Assembly (NCBI RefSeq): GCF_030013595.1
Contig: NZ_CP122768.1
Direction: 5' to 3' (one strand)
Origin: Escherichia coli
Lineage (GTDB): Bacteria > Pseudomonadota > Gammaproteobacteria > Enterobacterales > Enterobacteriaceae
Length of the DNA stretch: 64,000 nucleotides
Below are positions 23,316-35,457 of this stretch, piece by piece (positions within the stretch are counted from its first letter, which is position 1; each line of letters opens with the position of its first letter). The notes under the pieces are model-generated. The model was not told the DNA's origin. It was given only the letters and a program-made list of their open reading frames with translations, and did not search any database. The position numbers and the translations under genes are program-made.

Positions 23316-24341
23316 ATGAAAGCGTTATCCAAACTGAAAGCGGAAGAGGGCATCTGGATGACCGACGTTCCTGTACCGGAACTCGGGCATAACGATCTGC
23401 TGATTAAAATCCGTAAAACAGCCATCTGCGGGACTGACGTTCACATCTATAACTGGGATGAGTGGTCGCAAAAAACCATCCCGGTACCGATGGTCGTGGG
23501 CCATGAATATGTCGGTGAAGTGGTAGGTATTGGTCAGGAAGTGAAAGGCTTCAAGATTGGCGATCGCGTTTCTGGCGAAGGCCATATCACCTGCGGTCAC
23601 TGTCGCAACTGTCGTGGCGGTCGTACCCATCTGTGCCGCAACACGATCGGCGTCGGCGTTAACCGTCCGGGCTGCTTCGCCGAGTATCTGGTGATTCCGG
23701 CGTTCAACGCTTTCAAAATCCCCGACAATATCTCCGATGATCTGGCTTCCATTTTTGATCCCTTCGGTAACGCCGTGCATACCGCGCTGTCGTTCGATCT
23801 GGTGGGTGAAGATGTGCTGGTCTCTGGTGCAGGCCCGATTGGTATTATGGCGGCGGCGGTGGCGAAACACGTTGGTGCACGTAACGTGGTGATTACTGAT
23901 GTTAACGAATACCGCCTTGAGTTGGCGCGTAAAATGGGTATCACCCGTGCGGTTAACGTCGCTAAAGAGAACCTCAATGATGTGATGGCAGAACTGGGCA
24001 TGACCGAAGGCTTTGATGTCGGTCTGGAAATGTCCGGTGCGCCACCAGCGTTTCGTACCATGCTCGACACCATGAACCACGGCGGTCGTATTGCGATGCT
24101 GGGTATTCCACCGTCTGATATGTCTATCGACTGGACCAAAGTGATCTTTAAAGGCTTGTTCATTAAAGGTATTTACGGTCGTGAGATGTTTGAAACCTGG
24201 TACAAGATGGCGGCGCTGATTCAGTCTGGCCTCGATCTTTCGCCGATCATTACCCATCGTTTCTCTATCGATGATTTCCAGAAGGGCTTTGACGCCATGC
24301 GTTCGGGCCAGTCCGGGAAAGTTATCCTGAGCTGGGATTAA
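23316..24341 (+). CDS. tdh: L-threonine 3-dehydrogenase
   Basis: 341 aa; [50 protein letters not shown]; zinc-ADH motifs. Confidence 0.95.
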
Positions 24342-24350
24342 CACAAACAA

Positions 24351-24375
24351 GGGCTGGTATTCCAGCCCTTTTTCC
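24351..24375 (+). terminator. Rho-independent terminator after kbl-tdh
   Basis: gggctggtattccagccc hairpin followed by tttttcc. Confidence 0.65.
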
Positions 24376-24579
24376 TGAGGATAATCTGTTAAATATGTAA
24401 AATGCTGTCAGTAAAATAAAGAATGGGTAATTGCGCTGATCTCTTATATAGCTGTTCTCATTATCTCTCTACCCTGAAGTGACTCTCTCACCTGTAAAAA
24501 TAATATCTCACAGGCTTAATAGTTTCTTAATACAAAGCCTGTAAAACGTCAGGATAACTTCAGAGGTAGTCGGTAATTT

Positions 24580-25614
24580 ATGATGAACAGCACCAATAAA
24601 CTTAGTGTTATTATTCCGTTATATAATGCGGGTGATGATTTCCGCACTTGTATGGAATCTTTAATTACGCAAACCTGGACTGCTCTGGAAATCATTATTA
24701 TTAACGATGGTTCAACGGATAATTCTGTTGAAATAGCAAAGCATTACGCAGAAAACTATCCGCACGTTCGTTTGTTGCATCAGGCGAATGCTGGCGCATC
24801 GGTAGCGCGTAATCGTGGGATCGAGGTGGCGACGGGCAAATATGTCGCTTTTGTCGATGCTGACGATGAGGTCTATCCCACCATGTACGAAACGCTGATG
24901 ACCATGGCGTTAGAGGACGACCTCGACGTGGCGCAGTGCAACGCTGACTGGTGTTTTCGTGAAACGGGAGAAACCTGGCAATCCATCCCCAGCGATCGCC
25001 TTCGCTCAACCGGCGTATTAACCGGCCCGGACTGGCTGCGAATGGGGCTTTCTTCCCGCCGTTGGACTCATGTTGTCTGGATGGGCATTTATCGTCGCGA
25101 TGTCATTGTTAAAAATAACATTAAATTTATTGCCGGATTACATCATCAGGATATTGTCTGGACAACAGAATTTATGTTTAACGCGCTACGTGCGCGATAT
25201 ACCGAGCAATCGTTATATAAATATTATCTGCATAATACGTCAGTAAGTCGCTTGAATAGACAGGGAAATAAAAACCTTAATTATCAACGCCACTATATTA
25301 AGATTACCCGACTGCTAGAGAAATTAAATCGAAATTATGCCGACAAAATTACGATTTATCCGGAATTTCATCAGCAAATAACTTACGAAGCATTGCGTGT
25401 TTGCCATGCGGTGCGCAAAGAGCCGGATATTATTACCCGCCAACGGATGATTGCCGAGATATTTACTTCTGGTATGTATAAGCGCCTGATTACCAATGTG
25501 CGCAGCGTGAAGGTGGGTTATCAGGCGTTACTGTGGTCTTTCCGCTTATGGCAATGGCGCGACAAAACGCGGTCGCACCATCGCATTACGCGTAGCGCCT
25601 TTAATTTACGCTAG
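24580..25614 (+). CDS. waaH: GT2 family glycosyltransferase WaaH/YibD
   Basis: 344 aa; [26 protein letters not shown]...[17 protein letters not shown] motif; position between tdh and yibQ. Confidence 0.87.
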   Translation: MMNSTNKLSVIIPLYNAGDDFRTCMESLITQTWTALEIIIINDGSTDNSVEIAKHYAENYPHVRLLHQANAGASVARNRGIEVATGKYVAFVDADDEVYPTMYETLMTMALEDDLDVAQCNADWCFRETGETWQSIPSDRLRSTGVLTGPDWLRMGLSSRRWTHVVWMGIYRRDVIVKNNIKFIAGLHHQDIVWTTEFMFNALRARYTEQSLYKYYLHNTSVSRLNRQGNKNLNYQRHYIKITRLLEKLNRNYADKITIYPEFHQQITYEALRVCHAVRKEPDIITRQRMIAEIFTSGMYKRLITNVRSVKVGYQALLWSFRLWQWRDKTRSHHRITRSAFNLR

Positions 25615-26560
25615 CGTTAAGCTTCGCCGCTTCAGGCTGTTTGCCCCAGCCTTGCCACTGATGCTGGAAGTAAACGATCAGCGTGCTCTGGCTGATGCTT
25701 TCGTTTAATACTTCAAAGAAGCGATTAGCATAAACAGGTTCTATCGGTTTCTTCGGTTTGCACAGCTTCACGCCACGGAACGGATTACGCGGTGTGTCAG
25801 GCACAGTGTTGTTCGGCGGTGTAGACGTATCAACCTGCGGTTCATTCAGCAAGCTGCTGGCTTTCACCAGCGTAATGTCTGGCGGCAGGTTATAAACCAT
25901 CTGTTGTAGCACGCGTACCGTTGAAGGGTGAGGATGCCCAATGGCAATGGTTGAACCGTTGCGACGCGCCAGATCAATTGCGCGATTGAACTGCACACGG
26001 ATGTCCGCTTCATTTTGCGAATCGTCGAGGAACACTTTCCGTTTGATCACCTTCACGCCAGTGCCTTGCGCTGCGCGCATCGCCTGGGTATTACCGATGG
26101 TTACGCTGTCGAGGAAGTAAAGATTGTAACGCTCCAGCGCCTGCATCACTTTCTGCATACCAAACAGGTTAGAGGTCATCTTGCTGCCCATGTGGTTGTT
26201 GATCCCCACGGCATAGGGCACGTTATTGACCGCACTACGAATAATGCGCTCAATTTCGTCGCTGCTCATCTCCGGGCGTAGCGTATTTTTCTCCAGCGGC
26301 TGTTTACTCAGTGGTGCCATCGGTAGATGAATCAACACTTCGTGACCGCTGTTATGCGCTTTGGTCGCCATCTCTCTGGCGTGTGGTGAATCGGGTAATA
26401 CAGCGACGGAGATAGCGGAAGGCATCGCCAGCACCTGGTTTTCGTTGTGCGGGCGATACCCAAAATCATCAATGACGATGGCAAGTTTGCCAGCAATTAC
26501 GGGGGAGGAGAGCGCCAACAGAGCGGCAAATGCAAGAACGTTACGACGAAATGGAAACAA
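25601..26560 (-). CDS. yibQ: Divergent polysaccharide deacetylase family protein YibQ
   Basis: 319 aa with N-terminal signal peptide; last gene of the gpmM-envC-yibQ operon. Confidence 0.85.
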   Translation of the reverse strand: MFPFRRNVLAFAALLALSSPVIAGKLAIVIDDFGYRPHNENQVLAMPSAISVAVLPDSPHAREMATKAHNSGHEVLIHLPMAPLSKQPLEKNTLRPEMSSDEIERIIRSAVNNVPYAVGINNHMGSKMTSNLFGMQKVMQALERYNLYFLDSVTIGNTQAMRAAQGTGVKVIKRKVFLDDSQNEADIRVQFNRAIDLARRNGSTIAIGHPHPSTVRVLQQMVYNLPPDITLVKASSLLNEPQVDTSTPPNNTVPDTPRNPFRGVKLCKPKKPIEPVYANRFFEVLNESISQSTLIVYFQHQWQGWGKQPEAAKLNASVN

Positions 26561-26563
26561 AAC

Positions 26564-27823
26564 TTATCTTCCCAACCACGGCTGTGGATTGACCGCCTGA
26601 CCCTGGCGGCGAATTTCGAAATAGAGTGAAGGCCGACCCTGACCGCCACTGCTGCCCACCAGTGCAATCGGCTGGCCCGCGCGAACCTGCGAACCAACGC
26701 TCACCAGTGCGCTCTGATTATAGCCGTAAAGACTCATGTCGCCTTTACCATGCTCAACCACCACCACCAGACCGTAGCCTTGCAGCCAGTCAGCCAGAAT
26801 CACCCGACCGTCGGCAATTGCTTTAACTTCAGTACCTTCAGAGGCACCGATAACCATTCCTTTCCAGCGTAATTCGCCCTGTAGCTGCTCGCCATAGCGA
26901 TGCAGCGTCGGCCCGCGAACTGGCCAGAATGCCTGACCACGCGGCGCACCCAGGCCACCAGTTCGGGACATCAGCGATTTTTCGCTTTCGGTCGGTTTGT
27001 AGGTGGTGCCTTTGCGCGTCGCTTCTTTCTGGCGGTCGCGAACCGCCTGGGCCTCACGCGCTTCTCGTTCAGCACGCGCTTTCGCCGCGGCTTCCGCACG
27101 GGCAATGCTGTTACGCAGACGGGATTCGTTGGCGCGCAGCTCGCTCAACTGTTGCTGACCTTGCTGGATGGAAGACTCCAGCCCTGCCAGCGTCTTTTTA
27201 CGCTCGTTCAGCGCCTGGGTCAGCTTCGCCTGTTGGGCGCGCTGCTCATACAACAGCGTTTGTTGCTCGCTCTGTTTCTCTTCCAGCTCGGCGCGTTGCA
27301 TAGCGACTTCTTCACGCGTTTGTTTCAACTGAGCAATGGTTTCTTGTCGCGCCTGGTTGAGATAGCCGAAATAAGCCTGTAAACGCTGTCCACGCTGGCT
27401 TTCTTCACCGCTGAGAATCAGCTGAATACCGGTATGCTCGCCCTGACGGAATGCGGCATCCAGTTGTGCGGCGAGGCTGCGCTCCTGGGCGGCTTTTTGC
27501 TGCTCCAGTTTGGCAATCGACGCGTTCATCTCATCAATCTGTTTATTCAGTTGATTGAGCGTGTTTTGCGTTTCGCGCAGTTTGCGAGTGGCTTCCGAGA
27601 TCGCTTCTTCCTGCTTTTTCAATTGTGCGAGCAGGCTTGCGCGTTGTTGTTGCTTTTGGCGTACCGCGCGCTCTTTCGCGGCGATATCGGCCTGAATAGA
27701 TTTGAGTTGGTCACGCTCATCCGCGTGGGCGGAAAAGGCGCACAACAATACGCCAGCGCTAAGAACGCTGGCGTAGATGATGGGCCTGATTGCAAACCTG
27801 CGCGGTTTCACGGCCCGTGTCAT
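26564..27823 (-). CDS. envC: Murein hydrolase activator EnvC (coiled-coil plus LytM domain)
   Basis: ORF 26564..27847 contains MTRAVKPRRFAIRPIIYASVLSAGVLLCAFSAHADERDQLKSIQ; long Q/A/E-rich coiled coil and C-terminal LytM-like region. Confidence 0.92.
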   Translation of the reverse strand: MTRAVKPRRFAIRPIIYASVLSAGVLLCAFSAHADERDQLKSIQADIAAKERAVRQKQQQRASLLAQLKKQEEAISEATRKLRETQNTLNQLNKQIDEMNASIAKLEQQKAAQERSLAAQLDAAFRQGEHTGIQLILSGEESQRGQRLQAYFGYLNQARQETIAQLKQTREEVAMQRAELEEKQSEQQTLLYEQRAQQAKLTQALNERKKTLAGLESSIQQGQQQLSELRANESRLRNSIARAEAAAKARAEREAREAQAVRDRQKEATRKGTTYKPTESEKSLMSRTGGLGAPRGQAFWPVRGPTLHRYGEQLQGELRWKGMVIGASEGTEVKAIADGRVILADWLQGYGLVVVVEHGKGDMSLYGYNQSALVSVGSQVRAGQPIALVGSSGGQGRPSLYFEIRRQGQAVNPQPWLGR

Positions 27824-27856
27824 GGTATTAATCGCCTTTCCCCTCATGGGGAGGGA

Positions 27857-29401
27857 TTATTCCACGATGAACAGCGGCTTACCAGTCATCTCTTGCGGGA
27901 TTTCCATACCCATCAGCGACAACATGGTCGGCGCGATGTCAGAAAGTTTGCCGCCTTCAACCGCTTTCACGTTCTTATCACCAACGTAAATCAGCGGAAC
28001 TGGCAGGTTGGTGTGTGCCGTGTGTGCCTGACCCGTTGCCGGATCGCGCATCTGTTCAGCGTTACCGTGGTCAGCGGTGATCAGCAGTTGTCCACCCACG
28101 GACTCAACCGCTTTCGCGACTTCTTCCACGCAGTGATCCAGCGCTTCAACCGCTTTAACCGCCGCTTCCATCACCCCGGTGTGACCTACCATGTCGCCGT
28201 TCGGATAGTTACAGATAATGGTGTCGTATTTGCCGCTCTTGATTGCCGCAACCAGTTTTTCGGTCAGCTCTGCAGAGCTCATTTCCGGTTGCAGATCGTA
28301 GGTAGCCACTTTCGGTGAGTTGATCAGAATGCGATCTTCGCCTTTGAACGACTCTTCTACGCCACCGTTGAAGAAGAAAGTAACGTGGGCATATTTTTCG
28401 GTTTCGGAAATACGCAACTGAGTTTTGTCGTTTTTCGCCATCCACTCGCCGAAGGTGTTAACCAGGGACGCTGGTGGGTAAGCAACCGCAGTTTTGATGT
28501 CAGCGGCGTATTCGGTCAGCATCACGAAATCGACGTTAACCACTTTCTTGCGCGCGAAGCCATCGAAATCAGCGTTCACGAATGCACGAGTGATTTCACG
28601 CGCGCGGTCAGCACGGAAGTTCATGAAAATCAGCGCATCGCCGTCTTCCATTGCCGCGTCTGGCTGACCTTCTGCACGAATAACGGTCGCTTTCACGAAT
28701 TCGTCGTTTTCGTCGCGAGCATAAGCAGCCTGCAAACCAGCAACGGCGGTATCGGCCTGGAACTCACCCTGCGCCAGAGTCAGCAGGTCATAAGCTTTTT
28801 CAACGCGATCCCAGCGGTTATCGCGGTCCATGGCGTAGTAACGACCAATGATGGACGCTACGCGGCCTTTACCCAGCGCGGCAAATTTCTCTTCGAATTT
28901 TTTCAGCGAGGATTCAGCACTGCGCGGCGGAGTGTCGCGACCGTCAAGGAATGCGTGCAGGTAGATTTTTTCTGCGCCGCGTTCAGCGGCCAGTTCTACC
29001 ATCGCCATGATGTGATCTTCGTGGCTGTGTACGCCGCCTGCGGAGAGCAGACCCATAATGTGAACTGCTTTGCCTGCGTTTTTCGCTTTATCTACCGCGC
29101 CAGTCAGTACCGGGTTAGCGAAGAAAGCGCGATCTTTGATTTCAACGTCCAGACGAGTCAGGTCCTGATACACGATGCGGCCGGCACCCAGGTTAACGTG
29201 ACCTACTTCGGAGTTACCCATCTGACGGTCAGGCAGACCGACTTCCAGACCGGAAGCGTCGATCAGGGTATGCGGACGATTGGCCCACAGTGCATCCATT
29301 ACCGGGGTTTTAGCACTAAAAATGGCGTTATCCTGCTGTTCTTCACGATAGCCATAGCCATCCAGAATCACCAGTACCATAGGTTTTTTAGAAACCGACA
29401 T
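27857..29401 (-). CDS. gpmM: 2,3-bisphosphoglycerate-independent phosphoglycerate mutase
   Basis: ORF 27857..29545 contains [39 protein letters not shown]; start at that Met (29401). Confidence 0.94.
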   Translation of the reverse strand: MSVSKKPMVLVILDGYGYREEQQDNAIFSAKTPVMDALWANRPHTLIDASGLEVGLPDRQMGNSEVGHVNLGAGRIVYQDLTRLDVEIKDRAFFANPVLTGAVDKAKNAGKAVHIMGLLSAGGVHSHEDHIMAMVELAAERGAEKIYLHAFLDGRDTPPRSAESSLKKFEEKFAALGKGRVASIIGRYYAMDRDNRWDRVEKAYDLLTLAQGEFQADTAVAGLQAAYARDENDEFVKATVIRAEGQPDAAMEDGDALIFMNFRADRAREITRAFVNADFDGFARKKVVNVDFVMLTEYAADIKTAVAYPPASLVNTFGEWMAKNDKTQLRISETEKYAHVTFFFNGGVEESFKGEDRILINSPKVATYDLQPEMSSAELTEKLVAAIKSGKYDTIICNYPNGDMVGHTGVMEAAVKAVEALDHCVEEVAKAVESVGGQLLITADHGNAEQMRDPATGQAHTAHTNLPVPLIYVGDKNVKAVEGGKLSDIAPTMLSLMGMEIPQEMTGKPLFIVE

Positions 29402-29645
29402 TGCGACAACCTCATACTCAAGAGTCAAAATTTGCGTAATTTTACTACAGCTGAATCGATAAAATAGCCTCTGAAGATCAAAATATACGACCGCTCGCAG
29501 CAAGCCGATGCCAGATTTGCGCTTTTTTTTCGTCGCGCCCCGCAAAATTGCATTCCAGTTAACGCGCTGGCTGTATTTGCCGCACCGCGCAGGTATACTC
29601 CTTTCCTGGTTTTTTTAATCACTACGTCGGGAGTTGTTACCCCCC

Positions 29646-30077
29646 ATGCAAGAAATTATGCAATTTGTTGGCCGTCATCCCATACTGAGTATCGCCTGGA
29701 TCGCGTTACTGGTGGCGGTTCTTGTGACTACGTTTAAGAGCCTGACCTCGAAAGTGAAGGTGATTACTCGTGGTGAAGCTACGCGTCTGATCAACAAAGA
29801 AGATGCTGTGGTTGTGGATTTACGTCAGCGTGATGACTTCCGTAAAGGCCATATCGCAGGTTCTATCAACCTGTTGCCGAGCGAAATCAAAGCCAACAAT
29901 GTTGGTGAGCTTGAGAAGCACAAAGACAAACCGGTTATCGTGGTAGACGGTTCTGGCATGCAGTGCCAGGAGCCTGCAAACGCGCTGACGAAAGCTGGTT
30001 TTGCGCAAGTATTCGTGCTGAAAGAGGGCGTTGCTGGCTGGGCTGGCGAAAACTTACCTCTGGTGCGCGGCAAATAA
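29646..30077 (+). CDS. yibN: Rhodanese-domain inner membrane protein YibN
   Basis: [33 protein letters not shown]...; start at internal Met of ORF 29634..30077. Confidence 0.88.
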
Positions 30078-30218
30078 TTTACCTGTCGTCTTTCATGATG
30101 CAGGCCGTTAGCTGCAATTAGGCCCCCAGCGACTTATTGTTATAAGCTTCTGGGGACACTCCATTTTGCAGCCGCCCTGCAACAAGAAATTTCAGGGTAA
30201 AAAAACAGGAGCTAAGTT

Positions 30219-30470
30219 ATGGCCAATGTTGAAATCTATACCAAAGAAACCTGCCCGTATTGCCATCGTGCGAAAGCACTGCTGAGCAGCAAGGGCGTGA
30301 GTTTTCAGGAGTTGCCGATCGATGGCAACGCCGCTAAGCGTGAAGAGATGATCAAACGCAGCGGTCGCACCACGGTTCCCCAGATTTTTATTGACGCACA
30401 GCACATTGGCGGCTGTGATGACTTGTATGCATTGGATGCACGTGGTGGACTGGATCCCCTGCTGAAATAA
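30219..30470 (+). CDS. grxC: Glutaredoxin 3
   Basis: 83 aa; [32 protein letters not shown] (CPYC active site). Confidence 0.95.
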
Positions 30471-30532
30471 CGTGTGAACGTTGGCATTACATTGCGCAGT
30501 ATTTAAGGACAACACTTAAGGGTTTTCTACAC

Positions 30533-31000
30533 ATGTCAGAACAAAACAACACCGAAATGACTTTCCAGATCCAACGTATTTATACCAAGGATATTTCTTT
30601 CGAAGCGCCGAACGCGCCGCACGTTTTCCAGAAAGATTGGCAGCCAGAAGTTAAACTTGATCTGGATACGGCATCTTCTCAACTGGCAGATGACGTTTAC
30701 GAAGTGGTACTGCGTGTTACCGTAACGGCCTCCCTGGGCGAAGAAACCGCGTTCCTGTGTGAAGTTCAGCAGGGCGGTATTTTCTCCATCGCGGGTATCG
30801 AAGGCACCCAGATGGCACATTGCCTGGGTGCATACTGCCCGAACATTCTGTTCCCGTATGCTCGTGAGTGCATCACCAGCATGGTATCCCGCGGTACATT
30901 CCCGCAACTGAACCTTGCGCCGGTTAACTTCGATGCGCTGTTCATGAACTATTTGCAGCAGCAGGCTGGCGAAGGTACTGAAGAACATCAGGATGCCTGA
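30533..31000 (+). CDS. secB: Protein-export chaperone SecB
   Basis: 155 aa; [33 protein letters not shown]. Confidence 0.95.
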
Positions 31001-32019
31001 TGAACCAACGTAATGCTTCAATGACTGTGATCGGTGCCGGCTCGTACGGCACCGCTCTTGCCATCACCCTGGCAAGAAATGGCCACGAGGTTGTCCTCTG
31101 GGGCCATGACCCTGAACATATCGCAACGCTTGAACGCGACCGCTGTAACGCCGCGTTTCTCCCCGATGTGCCTTTTCCCGATACGCTCCATCTTGAAAGC
31201 GATCTCGCCACTGCGCTGGCAGCCAGCCGTAATATTCTCGTCGTCGTACCCAGCCATGTATTTGGTGAAGTGCTGCGTCAGATTAAACCGCTGATGCGTC
31301 CTGATGCGCGTCTGGTGTGGGCGACCAAAGGTCTGGAAGCGGAAACCGGACGTCTGTTACAGGACGTGGCGCGTGAGGCGTTAGGCGATCAAATTCCGCT
31401 GGCGGTTATCTCTGGCCCAACGTTTGCGAAAGAACTGGCGGCAGGTCTACCAACGGCTATTTCGCTGGCCTCGACCGACCAGACCTTTGCCGATGATCTC
31501 CAGCAGTTGCTGCACTGCGGCAAAAGTTTCCGCGTTTACAGCAACCCGGATTTCATTGGCGTGCAGCTTGGCGGCGCGGTGAAAAACGTCATTGCGATCG
31601 GTGCGGGAATGTCCGACGGTATCGGTTTTGGTGCGAATGCGCGTACGGCGCTGATCACCCGTGGGCTGGCTGAAATGTCGCGTCTTGGCGCGGCGCTGGG
31701 TGCCGATCCTGCCACCTTTATGGGCATGGCGGGGCTGGGCGATTTGGTGCTTACCTGTACCGACAACCAGTCGCGTAACCGCCGTTTTGGCATGATGCTC
31801 GGTCAGGGCATGGATGTACAAAGCGCGCAGGAGAAGATTGGTCAGGTGGTGGAAGGCTACCGCAATACGAAAGAAGTCCGCGAACTGGCGCATCGCTTCG
31901 GCGTTGAAATGCCAATAACCGAGGAAATTTATCAAGTATTATATTGCGGAAAAAACGCGCGCGAGGCAGCATTGACGTTATTAGGTCGTGCACGCAAGGA
32001 CGAGCGCAGCAGCCACTAA
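31000..32019 (+). CDS. gpsA: Glycerol-3-phosphate dehydrogenase [NAD(P)+]
   Basis: 339 aa; [41 protein letters not shown]. Confidence 0.95.
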   Translation: MNQRNASMTVIGAGSYGTALAITLARNGHEVVLWGHDPEHIATLERDRCNAAFLPDVPFPDTLHLESDLATALAASRNILVVVPSHVFGEVLRQIKPLMRPDARLVWATKGLEAETGRLLQDVAREALGDQIPLAVISGPTFAKELAAGLPTAISLASTDQTFADDLQQLLHCGKSFRVYSNPDFIGVQLGGAVKNVIAIGAGMSDGIGFGANARTALITRGLAEMSRLGAALGADPATFMGMAGLGDLVLTCTDNQSRNRRFGMMLGQGMDVQSAQEKIGQVVEGYRNTKEVRELAHRFGVEMPITEEIYQVLYCGKNAREAALTLLGRARKDERSSH

Positions 32020-32098
32020 ACCCAGGAAACCTTTGTTACCGCTATGACCCGGCCCGCGCAGAACGGGCCGGTCATTATCTCATCGTGTGGAGTAAGCA

Positions 32099-32920
32099 AT
32101 GTCGTGTGAAGAACTGGAAATTGTCTGGAACAATATTAAAGCTGAAGCCAGAACGCTGGCGGACTGTGAGCCAATGCTGGCCAGTTTTTACCACGCGACG
32201 CTACTCAAGCACGAAAACCTGGGCAGTGCACTGAGCTACATGCTGGCGAACAAGCTGTCATCGCCAATTATGCCTGCCATTGCTATCCGCGAAGTGGTGG
32301 AAGAAGCCTACGCCGCCGACCCGGAAATGATCGCCTCTGCGGCCTGTGATATTCAGGCAGTGCGTACCCGCGACCCGGCAGTCGATAAATATTCGACTCC
32401 ATTGTTATATCTGAAAGGTTTTCATGCCTTGCAGGCCTATCGTATCGGTCACTGGCTGTGGAATCAGGGCCGCCGCGCACTGGCAATATTTCTGCAAAAC
32501 CAGGTTTCTGTGACGTTCCAGGTTGATATTCACCCGGCAGCAAAAATTGGTCGCGGTATCATGCTTGACCACGCCACGGGCATCGTTGTGGGTGAAACGG
32601 CGGTGATTGAAAACGACGTATCGATTCTGCAATCTGTGACGCTTGGCGGTACGGGTAAATCTGGTGGCGACCGTCATCCGAAAATTCGTGAAGGTGTGAT
32701 GATTGGCGCGGGCGCGAAAATTCTCGGCAATATTGAAGTTGGGCGCGGCGCGAAGATTGGCGCAGGTTCCGTGGTGCTGCAACCGGTGCCGCCGCATACC
32801 ACCGCCGCTGGCGTTCCGGCACGCATTGTCGGCAAGCCGGATAGCGATAAACCTTCAATGGATATGGATCAGCATTTCAACGGTATTAACCATACGTTTG
32901 AGTATGGTGATGGGATCTGA
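32099..32920 (+). CDS. cysE: Serine O-acetyltransferase
   Basis: 273 aa; MSCEELEIVWNNIKAEARTLADCEPMLASFYHATLLKHENLGSAL; hexapeptide repeats. Confidence 0.95.
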   Translation: MSCEELEIVWNNIKAEARTLADCEPMLASFYHATLLKHENLGSALSYMLANKLSSPIMPAIAIREVVEEAYAADPEMIASAACDIQAVRTRDPAVDKYSTPLLYLKGFHALQAYRIGHWLWNQGRRALAIFLQNQVSVTFQVDIHPAAKIGRGIMLDHATGIVVGETAVIENDVSILQSVTLGGTGKSGGDRHPKIREGVMIGAGAKILGNIEVGRGAKIGAGSVVLQPVPPHTTAAGVPARIVGKPDSDKPSMDMDQHFNGINHTFEYGDGI

Positions 32921-32972
32921 CGTCCTGTGATTGTGCCGGATGCGATGTAATCATCTATCCGGCATACAGTAA

Positions 32973-33446
32973 CTAATCTCTCAATACCGCTCCCGGATAT
33001 CCCAGCTGCCGCCAGGCTTCATACACCACTACCGACACCGCATTGGACAGGTTCATGCTGCGGCTGTCCGGCACCATTGGAATGCGAATTTTTTGTTCAG
33101 CGGGCAGGGCATCAAGAATGCTTGCTGGCAGGCCGCGCGTTTCCGGGCCGAACACCAGATAATCGCCATCCTGATAGCTTACGGCGCTGTGAGCAGGCGT
33201 ACCTTTCGTGGTGAGGGCAAACAGGCGCTGGGGATTTTCTGCTTCGAGGAACGCGCGATAGTCATGATGACGCGTAACGGCGGTAAACTCGTGATAGTCC
33301 AGCCCCGCGCGGCGCAGGCGCTTATCGTCCCAGGCAAATCCCATCGGTTCGATGATATGCAGACGAAAGCCGGTATTAGCGCAAAGACGGATGATGTTGC
33401 CAGTATTTGGCGGAATTTCTGGTTCGTAAAGTACGATGTTTAGCAT
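32973..33446 (-). CDS. trmL: tRNA (cytidine34/uridine34-2'-O)-methyltransferase (SpoU family)
   Basis: 157 aa; [54 protein letters not shown]. Confidence 0.93.
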   Translation of the reverse strand: MLNIVLYEPEIPPNTGNIIRLCANTGFRLHIIEPMGFAWDDKRLRRAGLDYHEFTAVTRHHDYRAFLEAENPQRLFALTTKGTPAHSAVSYQDGDYLVFGPETRGLPASILDALPAEQKIRIPMVPDSRSMNLSNAVSVVVYEAWRQLGYPGAVLRD

Positions 33447-33493
33447 ACTGCCCCCTTAGTGCGGGGGCAGGATAGCAGATATTCGTCTAACCC

Positions 33494-34684
33494 TTAAGCT
33501 GCATTCCCTTTCGCTATCGGAGCCAGTGCCGCAGGCAACTCTTTACCCAGCCCTTGCACCAGCGAATCTTGCGTAATTTCGCTAATCGATTTCGCGCCAG
33601 TCAGCGTCATTGCCACTTTCATCTCTTTCTCGATCAGGTTCAGTAGATTGGCCACGCCCGCCTGGCCCGCTGTTGCCAGCGCATACAGGAAAGCACGACC
33701 CAGCAGTACGGTGTCGGCACCGAGCGCAATCATACGCACGACATCAAGCCCGTTACGAATCCCGCTATCCGCCAGAATGGCAATATCACCTTTCACCGCA
33801 TCCGCAATAGCGGGCAATGCACGAGCGGAAGAGAGTACACCGTCCAGCTGGCGGCCACCGTGGTTAGAAACCACAATCCCATCAGCACCAAAACGTACTG
33901 CATCGCGCGCATCTTCCGGATCGAGGATCCCTTTGATCACCATCGGACCATCCCAGAAATCGCGGATCCACTCAAGGTCTTTCCATGAGATGGATGGATC
34001 GAAGTTATTCCCCAACCAGCCGATGTAATCTTCCAGTCCGGTCGGTTTGCCGAGGTAAGCCGAGATATTACCTAAATCATGTGGACGACCGTTCAGGCCC
34101 ACATCCCACGCCCATTGCGGATGCGTCACCGCCTGCAAGTAACGGCGCATTGCCGCATTTGGGCCGCTCATACCCGAGTGTGCATCACGGTAACGCGCGC
34201 CCGGTGTCGGCATATCCACGGTGAAAACCAGCGTCGAGCAGCCTGCCGCTTTTGCTCGCTCCAGCGCGTTACGCATAAAGCCGCGATCGCGCAGCACATA
34301 AAGCTGGAACCACATCGGACGTTTAATGGCTGGAGCGACTTCTTCAATCGGGCAAACGGAAACCGTCGAGAGAGTAAACGGAATGCCATGCGCATCCGCC
34401 GCTTTGGCAGCCTGAACTTCGCCACGACGCGCATACATGCCACACAAACCCACCGGAGCCAGCGCCACCGGCATCGACAATTTCTCATTAAACAGCGTCG
34501 TTTCCAGGCTTAAGTCAGACATGTTTTTCAGAATGCGCTGGCGCAGCGCCACTTCTGACAAATCTTCCACGTTGCGGCGCAGCGTGTATTCAGAATATGC
34601 ACCCCCATCCATATAGTGGAACAGGAACGGCGGCAGAATGCGTTGTGCTGCGGCGCGATAATCGCTGGCTGCGGAAATAATCAT
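33494..34684 (-). CDS. lldD: L-lactate dehydrogenase (FMN-dependent)
   Basis: 396 aa; [38 protein letters not shown]. Confidence 0.95.
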   Translation of the reverse strand: MIISAASDYRAAAQRILPPFLFHYMDGGAYSEYTLRRNVEDLSEVALRQRILKNMSDLSLETTLFNEKLSMPVALAPVGLCGMYARRGEVQAAKAADAHGIPFTLSTVSVCPIEEVAPAIKRPMWFQLYVLRDRGFMRNALERAKAAGCSTLVFTVDMPTPGARYRDAHSGMSGPNAAMRRYLQAVTHPQWAWDVGLNGRPHDLGNISAYLGKPTGLEDYIGWLGNNFDPSISWKDLEWIRDFWDGPMVIKGILDPEDARDAVRFGADGIVVSNHGGRQLDGVLSSARALPAIADAVKGDIAILADSGIRNGLDVVRMIALGADTVLLGRAFLYALATAGQAGVANLLNLIEKEMKVAMTLTGAKSISEITQDSLVQGLGKELPAALAPIAKGNAA

Positions 34685-35457
34685 GCGTTTTTCTCCCTCG
34701 AATGCTCATTATGGTCACCAGGCAGGCGGGTAATGCGTGCATGGCGAGCTTGATCTTCATCGAATCGTTTCATGGTGGTGTGAACAAAGCTAAGGTGCGC
34801 CATCATTGCTTTACGCGCCCCGTCAGCATCACCGGCAAAAATGGCGTCAATGACTGCCTGATGTTGTTCGGTCAGCTGTGAAAAAACCGGGGGTACCAGA
34901 TACATCCGCTGGCGGCTATGCTTCACAGAGGATTGCAGGACATCGAAGAAACCGCGCATGGTTTGCAGCAGCACGATGTTATGTGAGGCTTCGGCAATCG
35001 CCAGATGAAAACGAACGTCCGCTTGTGAGGCGAGATCCGGGTCTTCACTTAGCGTTGCTTCAAAGCAAAGCTGAATTTTCTCTTTTTCGCCTGGTGTGGC
35101 GCGCATTGCCGCATGCCACGCGGTGCTGGCTTCAATGGCGTAGCGGGCTTCCAGAATATCGAAACTGTAATCCGGATCATCGGCCATCAGCGTTTTCAGC
35201 GGCTGGACGATGTTTTGCTCCGACCATGTGTCATGACGCCAGCGAATAAACGTCCCGCTGCCGCGTCGACTAAGCAGCACGCCTTCGCTCACCAGTTTTG
35301 CCAGCGCCTCGCGCAGTGAATTACGCGATACGCCGAGTTGCATCGCCAGTTGACGTTCAGCGGGCAACTTCATGCCCGCCTCCAGGTTTTTTTCATCAAT
35401 CAGCGCCCGCACACGATCGGCAACCTCGTCTGACAGGCGTCTGAGTAAAACAATCAT
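34681..35457 (-). CDS. lldR: L-lactate operon regulator LldR (GntR/FadR family)
   Basis: ORF 34681..35472; start placed at internal Met ([51 protein letters not shown]); 4-bp overlap with lldD. Confidence 0.9.
   Translation of the reverse strand: MIVLLRRLSDEVADRVRALIDEKNLEAGMKLPAERQLAMQLGVSRNSLREALAKLVSEGVLLSRRGSGTFIRWRHDTWSEQNIVQPLKTLMADDPDYSFDILEARYAIEASTAWHAAMRATPGEKEKIQLCFEATLSEDPDLASQADVRFHLAIAEASHNIVLLQTMRGFFDVLQSSVKHSRQRMYLVPPVFSQLTEQHQAVIDAIFAGDADGARKAMMAHLSFVHTTMKRFDEDQARHARITRLPGDHNEHSREKNA

Noticed and set aside
23325-24350. 341-aa reverse-strand ORF
   Set aside because: Exact antisense shadow of tdh; translation is low-complexity and R/H-rich.
27434-29467. Two long forward-strand ORFs (294 aa and 360 aa)
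   Set aside because: Antisense to envC and gpmM, both clearly identified on the reverse strand; no independent start or RBS support.
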